Positions 26,016 through 35,819 of a stretch of 64,000 nt of DNA are shown here, one piece after another (position 1 is the stretch's first letter; every line of letters starts with the position of its first letter). The translations under genes were made by a program, and so were the position numbers. Source of the stretch: a virus (taxonomy: Duplodnaviria > Caudoviricetes); IMG/VR virus record IMGVR_UViG_3300042542_005523. One strand, given 5' to 3'. Under the pieces are notes generated by a model. It was not told the origin of the DNA and searched no databases. It saw nothing but the letters and a program-made list of their open reading frames with translations.

Positions 26016-26022
26016 AATAAAA

Positions 26023-26862
26023 ATGATAGATTTAAGAAAATGCACGTTCATAATTCCTATAAAGGTAGAACACGAGGATAGACTTAAAAATCTAAGGACA
26101 ACATTAGGTTATCTTAACCATCACTTTATAACAAATGTAATACTCTACGAAATAGAGGATCCCGTTTCTCTGGAAATAAAAAATAAAAATATAGACCTCT
26201 ATAATCTTAGTTTATTACCCAATCTAAATCTACATCACATTTTAAAAAAATTAGAATCTATTGATTTTTTTCATAGGACAATGTATCTAAACGAAATGCT
26301 AGAAATGGTTGAAACGGAGGTAGTTTGTAACTATGATATAGATGTCGTTCTACCGGTTGAATCCTACGTTGAAGCAGTAGATAAAATATCTGGCGGTGAA
26401 TTGGACGTGGTCTATCCATTTTCATTCGGGGCTAGTCAATTTCAAGTTTTTCAAAATCTAGACCGAGACGGATTTGAAAAAAATTGGGATCTTTCTGAAA
26501 TAATATCGCAGGATGAGAAGATAAATCGGTATTATTCTGAATATGGTCACTGTATATTTTTTAATACTGGTGTTTATAGAGAGCTAGGTGGTGAAAATGA
26601 AAATTTTAAATCATACGGTCCCGAAGATAAAGAAAGAGGAACTAGGTTCATAAAATTAGATAAAAAAGTAGAATGGCTAAAGGGTGACGTTTTCCATTTT
26701 GAGCATTACCGCAGCAACGATAGCTCACCATCAAATCCCAATATAGATTTCAACAACTATCTATTTTCGAAATTATCAAATAAAACAAAAGAGGAGCTTT
26801 TTGACTATTACGCTAATGTGGAATATAGAAAGAAATATAGCAAGATGTCCAGTCACAATTAA
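26023..26862 (+). CDS. galactosyltransferase-related GT (GT2/GT7-C-like)
   Basis: FIIPIKVEHEDRLKN, NYDIDVVLP, GGENENFKSYGPEDKER, FHFEH. Confidence 0.75.
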   Translation: MIDLRKCTFIIPIKVEHEDRLKNLRTTLGYLNHHFITNVILYEIEDPVSLEIKNKNIDLYNLSLLPNLNLHHILKKLESIDFFHRTMYLNEMLEMVETEVVCNYDIDVVLPVESYVEAVDKISGGELDVVYPFSFGASQFQVFQNLDRDGFEKNWDLSEIISQDEKINRYYSEYGHCIFFNTGVYRELGGENENFKSYGPEDKERGTRFIKLDKKVEWLKGDVFHFEHYRSNDSSPSNPNIDFNNYLFSKLSNKTKEELFDYYANVEYRKKYSKMSSHN

Positions 26863-26874
26863 CTAGATCAAATA

Positions 26875-27609
26875 ATGAAGACAGGCGTTATTTTCTATCA
26901 TAAAAACTCCAGTATCTTATATGAAAAAAGATGGATTGATAAATGCATAGATACTATATTGAATCAATCCTATCCTGATTTTAATATCTATGAACTGAAT
27001 TATGGCGGAGATGATTTTTCTATATTTTCCGGAATTAATCACAATAGGGATTTAAATTTTTACAGCAAAAAATTTGAAAATCATGCGGAGGCAATGAACT
27101 TTATAATAGATACTGCCTTTTGTGAAGGATGTGATGTAGTTTTTAATACTAATGTGGATGACTTCTATTCATTGGATAGGTTTAAGGAGCAATTAGAAAT
27201 ACTATCAAAGGGGTATGATCTAGTTTCCTCTGATTTTTACTATGTAAAAGATTTTAACGAGAAAGAGTTGGACGTCGTAACTAATGGTCTTTGTGTTTCT
27301 AATGAAGGCTCAATAGAAGATGCATTGGAAAAAAACAATAACGTGATAGCTCATCCGTGTGTTGCTTTTAGCAAAAAATTCTGGGGTAGCAATAGATACA
27401 ATCCTGAAGAAATACCGGAGGAGGATCTTCTGCTCTGGAAAAGAGGAATTGAATCCGGTATGAAATTTTACATAATACCGGAAAAGCTACTTTTTTATAG
27501 AATACACCAAAATCAGATATCATCTTCCCCTGTTCTATTGGAGGAAAAGAAAGTAGATAATTCAAGTAAAAGCGGGGGAAGTGTGTGGTTTAATGATTAT
27601 AATATTTAA
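26875..27609 (+). CDS. GT2-like glycosyltransferase
   Basis: NTNVDDFY..DRF..Q, IAHP, EEDLLLW, YRIHQNQIS. Confidence 0.75.
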   Translation: MKTGVIFYHKNSSILYEKRWIDKCIDTILNQSYPDFNIYELNYGGDDFSIFSGINHNRDLNFYSKKFENHAEAMNFIIDTAFCEGCDVVFNTNVDDFYSLDRFKEQLEILSKGYDLVSSDFYYVKDFNEKELDVVTNGLCVSNEGSIEDALEKNNNVIAHPCVAFSKKFWGSNRYNPEEIPEEDLLLWKRGIESGMKFYIIPEKLLFYRIHQNQISSSPVLLEEKKVDNSSKSGGSVWFNDYNI

Positions 27610-27614
27610 AAACA

Positions 27615-28598
27615 ATGAATAAAAGAGCTCTTATAACGGGTATTAACGGACAGGATGGATCTTATCTTGCAGAATTTCTAATCGACAAGGGGTATGATGT
27701 ATTTGGTACAGTTAAAAGAAATTCAGTAGCAGAGAACCAAACTGCCAGGCTTGATTCAGTTTATGATAAGATCGGAAAGAATCTAATTTATGCAGATCTT
27801 ACTGATATGTCTTCCCTGCTGAATGCTTTGAGAATCTCTAACCCGGATGAGGTTTATAATCTAGCTGCACAGTCTCACGTTAGAATATCTTTTGACCAGC
27901 CAATCTATACAGCTAATGCTACAGGTTTAGGAACTCTTAATCTTCTAGAAGCAGTTAGATCTTTCAATCCAAAGATAAAGATCTACCAAGCATCATCTTC
28001 TGAGATGTTTGGTAACTCCATAGACTCCGATGGATTCCAAAGAGAATCCACGCCTTTGAATCCAGTTTCACCCTATGGCTGTGCAAAAGTTTTCTCCTAT
28101 AATATCTGCAGAAACTACAGAAACTCGTACGGGATGTATATTTCAAACGGTATTCTATTCAATCACGAGTCACCCAGAAGAGGAACTAATTTTGTAACCA
28201 ATAAGGTATGCAAAGAAGCGGTAAAGATCAAATTAGGTCTATCTAACAAACTAGCTCTTGGAAATCTAGATGCTACAAGAGACTGGGGACACGCTAAAGA
28301 CTACGTGGAGGCGATGTGGCTCATACTTCAGCAGGAATCTCCGGAGGACTATGTTTGCTCTACCGGTGTATCGCATTCTGTGGAGGATCTAGTTGAGTAT
28401 GTGTTTAGTAAACTGGGTCTTGATTGGAAAGGCTATGTGGTACAGGATGAAAAATTCCTTCGTCCAGAGGAGCTTGATGATTTAAAAGGAGACAGCAGAA
28501 AGCTTCGGTCTTTAACGGGATGGTCCCCTAAATACACATTCGAAACTATGCTCGACGAGATGATAGAGCATTGGCTAAGTTACTACTCCGGTAAATAG
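27615..28598 (+). CDS. gmd: GDP-mannose 4,6-dehydratase
   Basis: ALITGINGQDGSYLAE, YNLAAQSHV, YQASSSE, SPYGCAK, GILFNHESPRRG, RDWGHAKDYV. Confidence 0.96.
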   Translation: MNKRALITGINGQDGSYLAEFLIDKGYDVFGTVKRNSVAENQTARLDSVYDKIGKNLIYADLTDMSSLLNALRISNPDEVYNLAAQSHVRISFDQPIYTANATGLGTLNLLEAVRSFNPKIKIYQASSSEMFGNSIDSDGFQRESTPLNPVSPYGCAKVFSYNICRNYRNSYGMYISNGILFNHESPRRGTNFVTNKVCKEAVKIKLGLSNKLALGNLDATRDWGHAKDYVEAMWLILQQESPEDYVCSTGVSHSVEDLVEYVFSKLGLDWKGYVVQDEKFLRPEELDDLKGDSRKLRSLTGWSPKYTFETMLDEMIEHWLSYYSGK

Positions 28599-28653
28599 AG
28601 ACAAAGAGGATTGAAAATGGTTGGATATATAATATTGCAAAAAAATCCAATCA

Positions 28654-30981
28654 ATGAGAAAAATAGTCTCCTTTTCACTTTTTAATAAAATATTAGAAGG
28701 CGAGCAAACATACGAGGAACTCGTTCCGGAGTTCTCTGAGTACAACTCCATACTATCCACATTTCTTAATACCACAACTTCCATTCTTACGAGAACTAAG
28801 GGTATTGACAGGGAAGAGTTAGCAAATCTAGTTGATGATATAAAAACAGTTCCTTTAGCAGGCAAGGCTAATGCACTAACGAAAGTCTTTGACGGCGTCA
28901 TAAAATACGAAAATCCAGATTTAGATCCCGCTGTAAAGAGTAAGTTAAATGAGATTCAAGCGGAGATTAAAAAGATAGAGCCTCTCCTATCTGAACTCAT
29001 TGCACAGGAGGAAGATGTAGAGGTTAAGGAAAAATTACTAGACTTTATATCTAAATGGTGCGATAAGAGCAGGGATGTGATTCTAAAACCAGAAGACGTA
29101 AAGGAGTCTTTAAGAATTTTCGAATCGATTAAGCTCGATCCTAGAAACATGTTCAATGTTTTCAGCTCAGATGTTTCTAATCTTTTAACACAGGCCAATG
29201 CAGTAAAAACTGACATTGATGCACTCTACAATAATCCAACCAGTGCTAGATTAAAGAGAAGTATAGATCCCTATAAAAGAAAAATAGATTTGTTAGTAGA
29301 CGAGCTTCAAACCGGAAATGGGCAGGGCGTAAATTGGTCTATACTCAATAGACCGCAGGCAAAAGAAAGAATATCTTTTATTCAAAATGCAATAAGGGAT
29401 ATAGTTAACGACTACACGGAGATAAGCTTCAAGGAAACTGCTTATGATGGTAGGATTAAACCTATAATGGCTAAATTAAGCTCCGTAACAGACAGAATAA
29501 ACGTTCTGTTTTCAGATCTATTAAAAATAGAAAAGGAGATAGAGGAAGAAAAAGCTATATCTGCATCAACGAAGGAGGCTAATCTTGACTGGAGCATGAA
29601 AACCGACTTTAATGAAATAATTGGGCAGAGAAAGGGGAAATGGTACGTGCCAGGTTCTATAGGAGGGAATTTTACATTACAAGAATCATCAATAAGCTTT
29701 GGTCCAGATGATCTTTTAAAAGGGGACACATCCTCTTACAAATTAGAAAATAGCAAATGGTATACAGTCAAAGGCGAACTCGTAGATTTCGATTCAAAAG
29801 AATGGACTGAAATAACAGACCCTGAGTCTATTAAGATTTTAAATAATGCATACGCATACCATCTAATAAAAGTGGTGGAATGGTGTTTAGATAACAAAAA
29901 ATCATTTTACGACGAGAATGGAAATACCGTAATGACGGATGAGGAATATAGAAAATGCATACCTGCTTTAGAGGTGGCTAAAAACTTTGATCCTATAGCA
30001 GCTTCTAAGAGGGTTAAAGGTAAAGCGGGATATGATGCATTTAATTACCAGGACGGAGCGGGATCAGACACACAGGAAACTAATGACGGTGTGTCTGGAT
30101 CAGACAGATCAGATGGATCCTCTAACAATACCAATCCAGTAAAAAAGGAGGAGAAGACAGCTACATGGGAAACAATTTCAAAAGAACTACCAGGCTTAAC
30201 TTTTAGAGTAGGTGATAGCGTAGTTACCAATGATAATGCGGAAAGAAAATGGCAGAAGGCAGGAAAGGATCTCACCACAACATGGTTTACACCAGGTACT
30301 TTCACTACACCGGATAACATAAAGTCAGAAGGATTTGAGATGAGCGGCTATTGGATAAGACTAGCATCAGGTTATTGGGAGATGTACAAGGGAACGAATA
30401 AACCTTCCAACGAAGATAGTAAAATATTAAAAATGAAGATTTTTCAGAACAAGGATAAAAAAGCTTCCGAGCTTTTTAAAAATATAATTACAAGTTTAAA
30501 CGGTCAACTAGAAAGAAACCTTAATGATTTAAGGGATTTATCTAGATACTGGGGTGTTGGTTCCGGTAAAACTAATATCGTTGATAATGCTTGGGGATCT
30601 GAAAAGGAAGCAAGAGCTATTATTAAAGGAGGAGGAACAAAGGACGAAAGAATAGAGGTTGAGATCTGGCCTGATAAATTAGGCGGAAGTTCCGTATCCG
30701 ACGACGTCATTCTAAAGGTTTATAAAAACGGAGGGCTGGGAATACAGGACGATGATTATTCCGATAATATCTGGGGTAGCTGGAAGGTTGATGACGACGG
30801 CGATAACTTTATAGTAAAATGGGAAATGTATAGTGGCTCCTCCAATAAAGGATGGAAACCAATTAGCGATTATTCAAGCGGAAGAATAGGCGCAATTACT
30901 AAATTTACTGGACCCGTTAGCGGAGGGCTAAAACCAATTTTAGATGACGCAATGAGAAGATTCATACAGGTTTTCTATTAA
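28654..30981 (+). CDS. large hypothetical protein, probable virion-internal (775 aa)
   Basis: CTS-like start MRKIVSFSLFNKILE; helical N-half; GATATATAA at 28624-28632. Confidence 0.6.
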   Translation: MRKIVSFSLFNKILEGEQTYEELVPEFSEYNSILSTFLNTTTSILTRTKGIDREELANLVDDIKTVPLAGKANALTKVFDGVIKYENPDLDPAVKSKLNEIQAEIKKIEPLLSELIAQEEDVEVKEKLLDFISKWCDKSRDVILKPEDVKESLRIFESIKLDPRNMFNVFSSDVSNLLTQANAVKTDIDALYNNPTSARLKRSIDPYKRKIDLLVDELQTGNGQGVNWSILNRPQAKERISFIQNAIRDIVNDYTEISFKETAYDGRIKPIMAKLSSVTDRINVLFSDLLKIEKEIEEEKAISASTKEANLDWSMKTDFNEIIGQRKGKWYVPGSIGGNFTLQESSISFGPDDLLKGDTSSYKLENSKWYTVKGELVDFDSKEWTEITDPESIKILNNAYAYHLIKVVEWCLDNKKSFYDENGNTVMTDEEYRKCIPALEVAKNFDPIAASKRVKGKAGYDAFNYQDGAGSDTQETNDGVSGSDRSDGSSNNTNPVKKEEKTATWETISKELPGLTFRVGDSVVTNDNAERKWQKAGKDLTTTWFTPGTFTTPDNIKSEGFEMSGYWIRLASGYWEMYKGTNKPSNEDSKILKMKIFQNKDKKASELFKNIITSLNGQLERNLNDLRDLSRYWGVGSGKTNIVDNAWGSEKEARAIIKGGGTKDERIEVEIWPDKLGGSSVSDDVILKVYKNGGLGIQDDDYSDNIWGSWKVDDDGDNFIVKWEMYSGSSNKGWKPISDYSSGRIGAITKFTGPVSGGLKPILDDAMRRFIQVFY

Positions 30982-31026
30982 ATGAAATAGAAAAAAGATA
31001 TATAAGAAAATAAAAAAAACACAACA

Positions 31027-32313
31027 ATGAAACCAATTTTAGATTTTAAAACGTTCCAGAGGATATTCGAAGCTGACGAGCCTGCAAAAGAGGGGGTTTC
31101 AGCTATTGCTCCTTTGGTGTTAAGCTTATATTTTCAGGCTTACGGAGAACTAGCTTCCAAAGTGGAGGGATATAAGGATGTAGTTAAGGATCTTCAAGCC
31201 ATAATGAAAGCAGAGGTTGATAAAAAACCGGAAGTAATAGAAGCTATAGCTAAGAAGATAGCAGGACTAGTTAAAGATGCGGAGATAAAGAAAGAATTAG
31301 AGGCTTCTATAGTACCAGCTGTTACAGTTTTAGGTGAAGCTTATAAAGAGCTCTTAAAGACAGCTAGCGACGAAGATAAGAAGAAAATGCAAGAGGCATT
31401 CTCTGATGGTGTTTTGGACTACCAAAACAGTCTTATTCAAGCTGTTAAATCAGTTAACGAAAACTATTTTATAGAGGGAGATCCTATCGTTGAAAAGAAT
31501 ACCTTCAAGGACGATAGATCTGATTTAATCAGAGACCTCAACACTCTAGAAAGCGGAATTAACATGGTTCTTTTAAATCCTCCAACAGAGAGAATAAAAG
31601 GAGCAATGTCAGGCCTAGCAGCACAGGTTAAAGAACTTAAAAAAGAACTTTCCGATGATGCTAAATGGGAAGGAATGAAGAGAAAGGATAGAAAGGACAG
31701 AGTGCAAGAAATCCCTCAGTTGATTGCTAAAATAAAAGAGGATCAGAATAAAGCTATTTCTGATGAGGTTGTTAAATCCGGGATAGAGAAAACAGTATTA
31801 ACCAAAATACAGGATGCACAAGCTAAATTAAAAACAGGAACTGAAAAGATAGGTGGTATAGTTCAGAAGAATATAGAAACCGCAAAAGCAGAGGGGGATA
31901 AAAAAACAGCTGATGAAAAAGCTAAGGAAGCGAAAGAATTAGAGGATTTCAAGAAAGCTAGTCTTAAATTAGACGATTACAAAGAGATCGTAACTGGCAA
32001 AAAAGAGGTTGGGAACCTTCAGAAGAAAGGTAAGAATCTTAAAACAATTCAGAAGATCCAGGAGTTATTGAATAATTACTTAGAAAAACCAATTAAGGCA
32101 GATGGACTTTACGGCGAAGGCACTGAAAAAGCTATCGCGGAGGTATCTAAAGCACTATCTCTAATTGAGCCAGAAGTAAAAAGCGACGGTAAAGTAATGT
32201 CACCTCTTTTGCAAGCTATGCTTATGAAAATCGAAGAGAAAGGTGGAAAGGAAAAAGTTAAACAAGCATTCGATAAGGTTTCTAAAGAAGGTGCCGATAC
32301 GGAAAAAAAGTAA
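31027..32313 (+). CDS. helical hypothetical protein with C-terminal peptidoglycan-binding-like motif
   Basis: Start MKPILDFKTFQRIFE; KIQELLN...KADGLYGEGTEKAI resembles PG_binding_1; GATATATAA at 30997-31005. Confidence 0.6.
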   Translation: MKPILDFKTFQRIFEADEPAKEGVSAIAPLVLSLYFQAYGELASKVEGYKDVVKDLQAIMKAEVDKKPEVIEAIAKKIAGLVKDAEIKKELEASIVPAVTVLGEAYKELLKTASDEDKKKMQEAFSDGVLDYQNSLIQAVKSVNENYFIEGDPIVEKNTFKDDRSDLIRDLNTLESGINMVLLNPPTERIKGAMSGLAAQVKELKKELSDDAKWEGMKRKDRKDRVQEIPQLIAKIKEDQNKAISDEVVKSGIEKTVLTKIQDAQAKLKTGTEKIGGIVQKNIETAKAEGDKKTADEKAKEAKELEDFKKASLKLDDYKEIVTGKKEVGNLQKKGKNLKTIQKIQELLNNYLEKPIKADGLYGEGTEKAIAEVSKALSLIEPEVKSDGKVMSPLLQAMLMKIEEKGGKEKVKQAFDKVSKEGADTEKK

Positions 32314-32327
32314 ATTAAAGATATCTA

Positions 32328-34112
32328 ATGAAAATACTGAGCTTCTCAGATTATCTAATTGAAAAGGAGGATCCCAATGAGGGATCCTTCTCTTCTGATG
32401 AATTTACTTTTAGAAACGGTATATTCGGAGGGACTAGATTCAAATCTAACAAAAAAATGGATCTCATAGATATCTCAGGAGACACTAAGCTAATGCCCAA
32501 GGACGATAAAGCAGTATTGGGGATTAGAAATTGGGAAAGAATATCAGGAATAGATTCCAAAAGGAAAAAAGGATCAGAGGATCAGTATAAATGGATAGAA
32601 CTAGAAAATAAAGGTGCGACTAAGAGATATCAGGAAGGCGATCAGGAATTTGATGCAGCGGTGAGATTCATAAATAGATTAATCAATCAACTATATTCCC
32701 AAAGTACCAAGGGGGGTGATTCTGAAACTGGTAAGGATATTAGTGCAGACGATTCTATCTATAGGCTATTATTGGATAAAGCTCTTTCAGCATTAGTCAT
32801 GATGAGAGCTATTCTACCGGTGAACGCAGAGGGTAAGCCGAAGATAAAAGACCTTCTAGATGACTTTAATATCTACACTAGCATAATAGGTATTCTAAGA
32901 CAGGTAAAGCCAGATAAGGCTTCGCATAAAAAAATGTGGGGCGATATAAAGAATCTGGGATCAGAGAGTGAGAAGTACATAGAGGAATTCGGTGAAGTAT
33001 GGGGTGAATTAGAGAAAGCACCAGAGGGAGGAGAGACAAGGCCAGAAATGTTGAATAGAGGGTCTTTGGATTTTAAGAACGCTAAAGAAAAATATAGTGC
33101 CACCGGAAACGGGGCTTCTACTTTTATAAAAGCTGGTATAGATAGTTATGCTAACGGTGGTTTAAATCTATTGGATAGCAACGGAATTGATCTAAACTCT
33201 TTGCAAAAAGTTTTTCCAGAGATCATAAAAAAATACGAGGAAAAAGAAGCGGGAGGAGCAGTTAATGAATCCTATATTAATCTAAAAAATAGATCAGATC
33301 TATTCGAGAGAAAAAAATCAGACGATACTTCCACAGCTCAGATGCAGGAAGCTTCCTACTCAACTCTATTAAATCAAGTAATATCTCTAGCTGGAATCAT
33401 AGATAGCTTCATAGATTTCTTTATAGGATCTCCGTTTGAAACAGAAATCAGAGCTTCAGCCGCTAAGTACCAAAAACCACTTCAGCAGGCTGCACAGTTT
33501 TTATCATCTAATAACTTCTCACAAATAAGAGGAAGTAGTGCAGGTGGCGATAAGATTAAGGAGATAACTGACAACTTAGAAAAGCTATCCGCACAAAACG
33601 GAGAGTTGAGTATCGCTGAGTGGAAAAATAAATCATTAGAAAAATACGGGAACGCTCAGATTTCTAACGACTTTCTTAAAGATGGTGATGAAAAAATAGC
33701 AAGAGCTCAAGGCATAGTAAACGATATGGTTAAGCTGTCTTCTCTTAAACAGAAAGCAGCTTCAACCGAACTTCAAAACGTAATAGCTGATATTGCTAAC
33801 GTAAACACAATGGGTGATCCTAAGATTGATAGAATAGGCGGAGGCGATGGCGTGACAGACGGAGCACCCACCTCTAAAGCAGATATAGAAGAGCTTCAGA
33901 AGGAAATATCTAATATATTGGGTACACCCAAATCTGCTACAGATAAAGTAACACCAGAGGAGGTATTGGAAATAGCTAGATATCTTTCACTGCTAACAGG
34001 AAAGACATATAAAACTGCTAACGGTACCACAGACACAGCGGAGATTAATAAGGACATACGTATATTCCTAGAAAAAAGAGGGGATATAAAGAAAGAGCTA
34101 TACGTTAATTGA
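32328..34112 (+). CDS. large helical hypothetical protein, probable virion-internal (594 aa)
   Basis: Start MKILSFSDYLIE; internal VNE...LFE motif; co-oriented with previous gene. Confidence 0.55.
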   Translation: MKILSFSDYLIEKEDPNEGSFSSDEFTFRNGIFGGTRFKSNKKMDLIDISGDTKLMPKDDKAVLGIRNWERISGIDSKRKKGSEDQYKWIELENKGATKRYQEGDQEFDAAVRFINRLINQLYSQSTKGGDSETGKDISADDSIYRLLLDKALSALVMMRAILPVNAEGKPKIKDLLDDFNIYTSIIGILRQVKPDKASHKKMWGDIKNLGSESEKYIEEFGEVWGELEKAPEGGETRPEMLNRGSLDFKNAKEKYSATGNGASTFIKAGIDSYANGGLNLLDSNGIDLNSLQKVFPEIIKKYEEKEAGGAVNESYINLKNRSDLFERKKSDDTSTAQMQEASYSTLLNQVISLAGIIDSFIDFFIGSPFETEIRASAAKYQKPLQQAAQFLSSNNFSQIRGSSAGGDKIKEITDNLEKLSAQNGELSIAEWKNKSLEKYGNAQISNDFLKDGDEKIARAQGIVNDMVKLSSLKQKAASTELQNVIADIANVNTMGDPKIDRIGGGDGVTDGAPTSKADIEELQKEISNILGTPKSATDKVTPEEVLEIARYLSLLTGKTYKTANGTTDTAEINKDIRIFLEKRGDIKKELYVN

Positions 34113-34290
34113 TAATAAATAGTTTTTTTTGTAAAATTATTTATTATTTTGAAACAATTCGTAATTTAACAGCTAAGACTATTACTTGTAATCACCCGGG
34201 GTAATATCATACTAAGACATATAAGAGCCCCAATCTTAGCTTTACAAAGGCCAAATCTAAAACATAAATCCCAATCATAAAATTCTAAAA

Positions 34291-34319
34291 GAAACCTCTT
34301 GCTGTTTTCCGAGTATAAT
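34291..34319 (+). promoter_or_regulatory. putative promoter GAAAC-N16-AGTATAAT of the recombination/replication operon
   Basis: Matches motifs at 9113-9140 and 56246-56274. Confidence 0.5.
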
Positions 34320-34342
34320 ATAGAAAACATTTCTATTTAATT

Positions 34343-35530
34343 ATGGCTAAAACTACATCGGAAAAAGGGAAAGGCTTTTCTTTCCTATCACTGGATAAAG
34401 AGCTTTCAAAGATATCCGGGTTTGAGACGGGGTCTATTCTTTCAGAAAACTCTTTCAGTGAGGTTGACGAGTGGATTTCCACTGGTAACTATCTTCTTAA
34501 TGCCCAAATATCGGGAACCCTATTTGGGGGAATACCAAATACAAGATCGCTAGGTGTCATGGGAGACCCGGGAACGGGTAAATCTTTTTTCTGTCTAAAC
34601 GTCGTTAGAGAGGCACAGAAGCAAGGATACGATGTCATATATTGTGACACAGAGGGTGCTATTGATAAAAGCAGCGCTAAAAACTTCGGTATTGATCTAA
34701 ACAAGATTAGATACCAGCCTATTCAAACTGTTTCACAATTCCAAACATTTGTATCTAATATATTAGATCTTGTTAAGAAATCCAAAAGTGAGGGCGAAAA
34801 TCCAAAGATCTTATTGATACTTGATTCTTTAGGTATGCTTAGTACGGATAAGGAACTAGCCGATGCTCTAAAAGGGCATAATGCAGCAGATATGGGGGCT
34901 AAAGCTAAGGAGCTTAGAAAGCTATTTAGAGTTATTACACTAGACCTAACTGCAGCTAAGATCCCTTTGATCTGTACAAACCACGTTTATACCGGAGGTG
35001 GCTACATGCCGACCAAAGAAAGCTCAGGTGGCGATGGACCAATCTTCGCTATGTCTGCTGTTGCGTTTCTTTCTAAGGCTCAGCTGAAAGATGGTGCAGG
35101 CACTAAGACTGGTATAGTTGTTACCTCCAATCTTAAGAAAAGTAGATTCACTGTCCCTGAAATGATCAAGTTTCATATATCATTTGCTAATGGTATGAAT
35201 CCATATGTTGGATTACAGGACTATGTTTCTTGGGATGTTTGCGGTATAGAAAGAGGTAAATTCGAGGAAGTAAAGAACGCTGAAGGTAAAAAAGAAATGG
35301 TTTTTAAGCCTAACGCATCGGCAGTTAGATGGGGCGTTAAACATCTAGGAAAGACCATAGCATCTACGGAGTTATTCTCACCCAATATTTTCACTGATGA
35401 GGTTTTAAAAAATATTGACGAGCGCGTAATCCAGCCTAAATTCAAATTGCCAGATCTATCCGATCCTACTGAAATTTTAGATGAATTGGAAATGGGCGGA
35501 AATGAGGTAGACGACAATGGAGAGGAATAA
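34343..35530 (+). CDS. uvsX: UvsX/RecA-like recombinase
   Basis: ISTGNYLLNAQISG, Walker A GDPGTGKS, YCDTEG, ILDSLG, ICTNHVY, SGGDG. Confidence 0.92.
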   Translation: MAKTTSEKGKGFSFLSLDKELSKISGFETGSILSENSFSEVDEWISTGNYLLNAQISGTLFGGIPNTRSLGVMGDPGTGKSFFCLNVVREAQKQGYDVIYCDTEGAIDKSSAKNFGIDLNKIRYQPIQTVSQFQTFVSNILDLVKKSKSEGENPKILLILDSLGMLSTDKELADALKGHNAADMGAKAKELRKLFRVITLDLTAAKIPLICTNHVYTGGGYMPTKESSGGDGPIFAMSAVAFLSKAQLKDGAGTKTGIVVTSNLKKSRFTVPEMIKFHISFANGMNPYVGLQDYVSWDVCGIERGKFEEVKNAEGKKEMVFKPNASAVRWGVKHLGKTIASTELFSPNIFTDEVLKNIDERVIQPKFKLPDLSDPTEILDELEMGGNEVDDNGEE

Positions 35531-35819
35531 GATCGAGTTTAAGTATTTGATGGGCTTGTGGAAAACTCTACCCGACTACCCTACTAAGAAAGATATAACA
35601 TACGAATTAAGCGTTTATCTTTTAAAGGACGGCAGGCCAAACGGTGAGTTTTCACACCAGACCTTCAATTCTGCCTTTGGCTCGGATTGGGAAAAGACCG
35701 AACACAAAAGAATAGTAGATGAAATGATTAAAGATGGTGACTTCGAGGAAACCTCTAAGTCATCTGTCACTAAGAGATGGTATAGAATTAAAAATAACCC
35801 TTATTATAACAGGAAATAG
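35517..35819 (+). CDS. hypothetical protein (100 aa)
   Basis: Operon-packed between uvsX and helicase. Confidence 0.7.
   Translation: MERNKIEFKYLMGLWKTLPDYPTKKDITYELSVYLLKDGRPNGEFSHQTFNSAFGSDWEKTEHKRIVDEMIKDGDFEETSKSSVTKRWYRIKNNPYYNRK

Noticed and set aside
8407-28598. DNA hypermodification role for the glycan island
   Set aside because: Families present are surface-glycan types, and no hydroxymethylase, nucleotide kinase or T4-type DNA glucosyltransferase is adjacent. It cannot be fully excluded without nucleoside analysis.
9146-28598. Bacterial chromosome (LPS/capsule locus) or eukaryotic giant virus origin
   Set aside because: Flanked by T4-like gp41/gp46/gp47/UvsX/gp15 genes and shares promoter motifs with them; no wzx/wzy/ABC export genes and no NCLDV markers.
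34113-34290. ncRNA, origin or small ORF in the intergenic gap before uvsX
   Set aside because: No convincing ORF, hairpin series or iterons seen.
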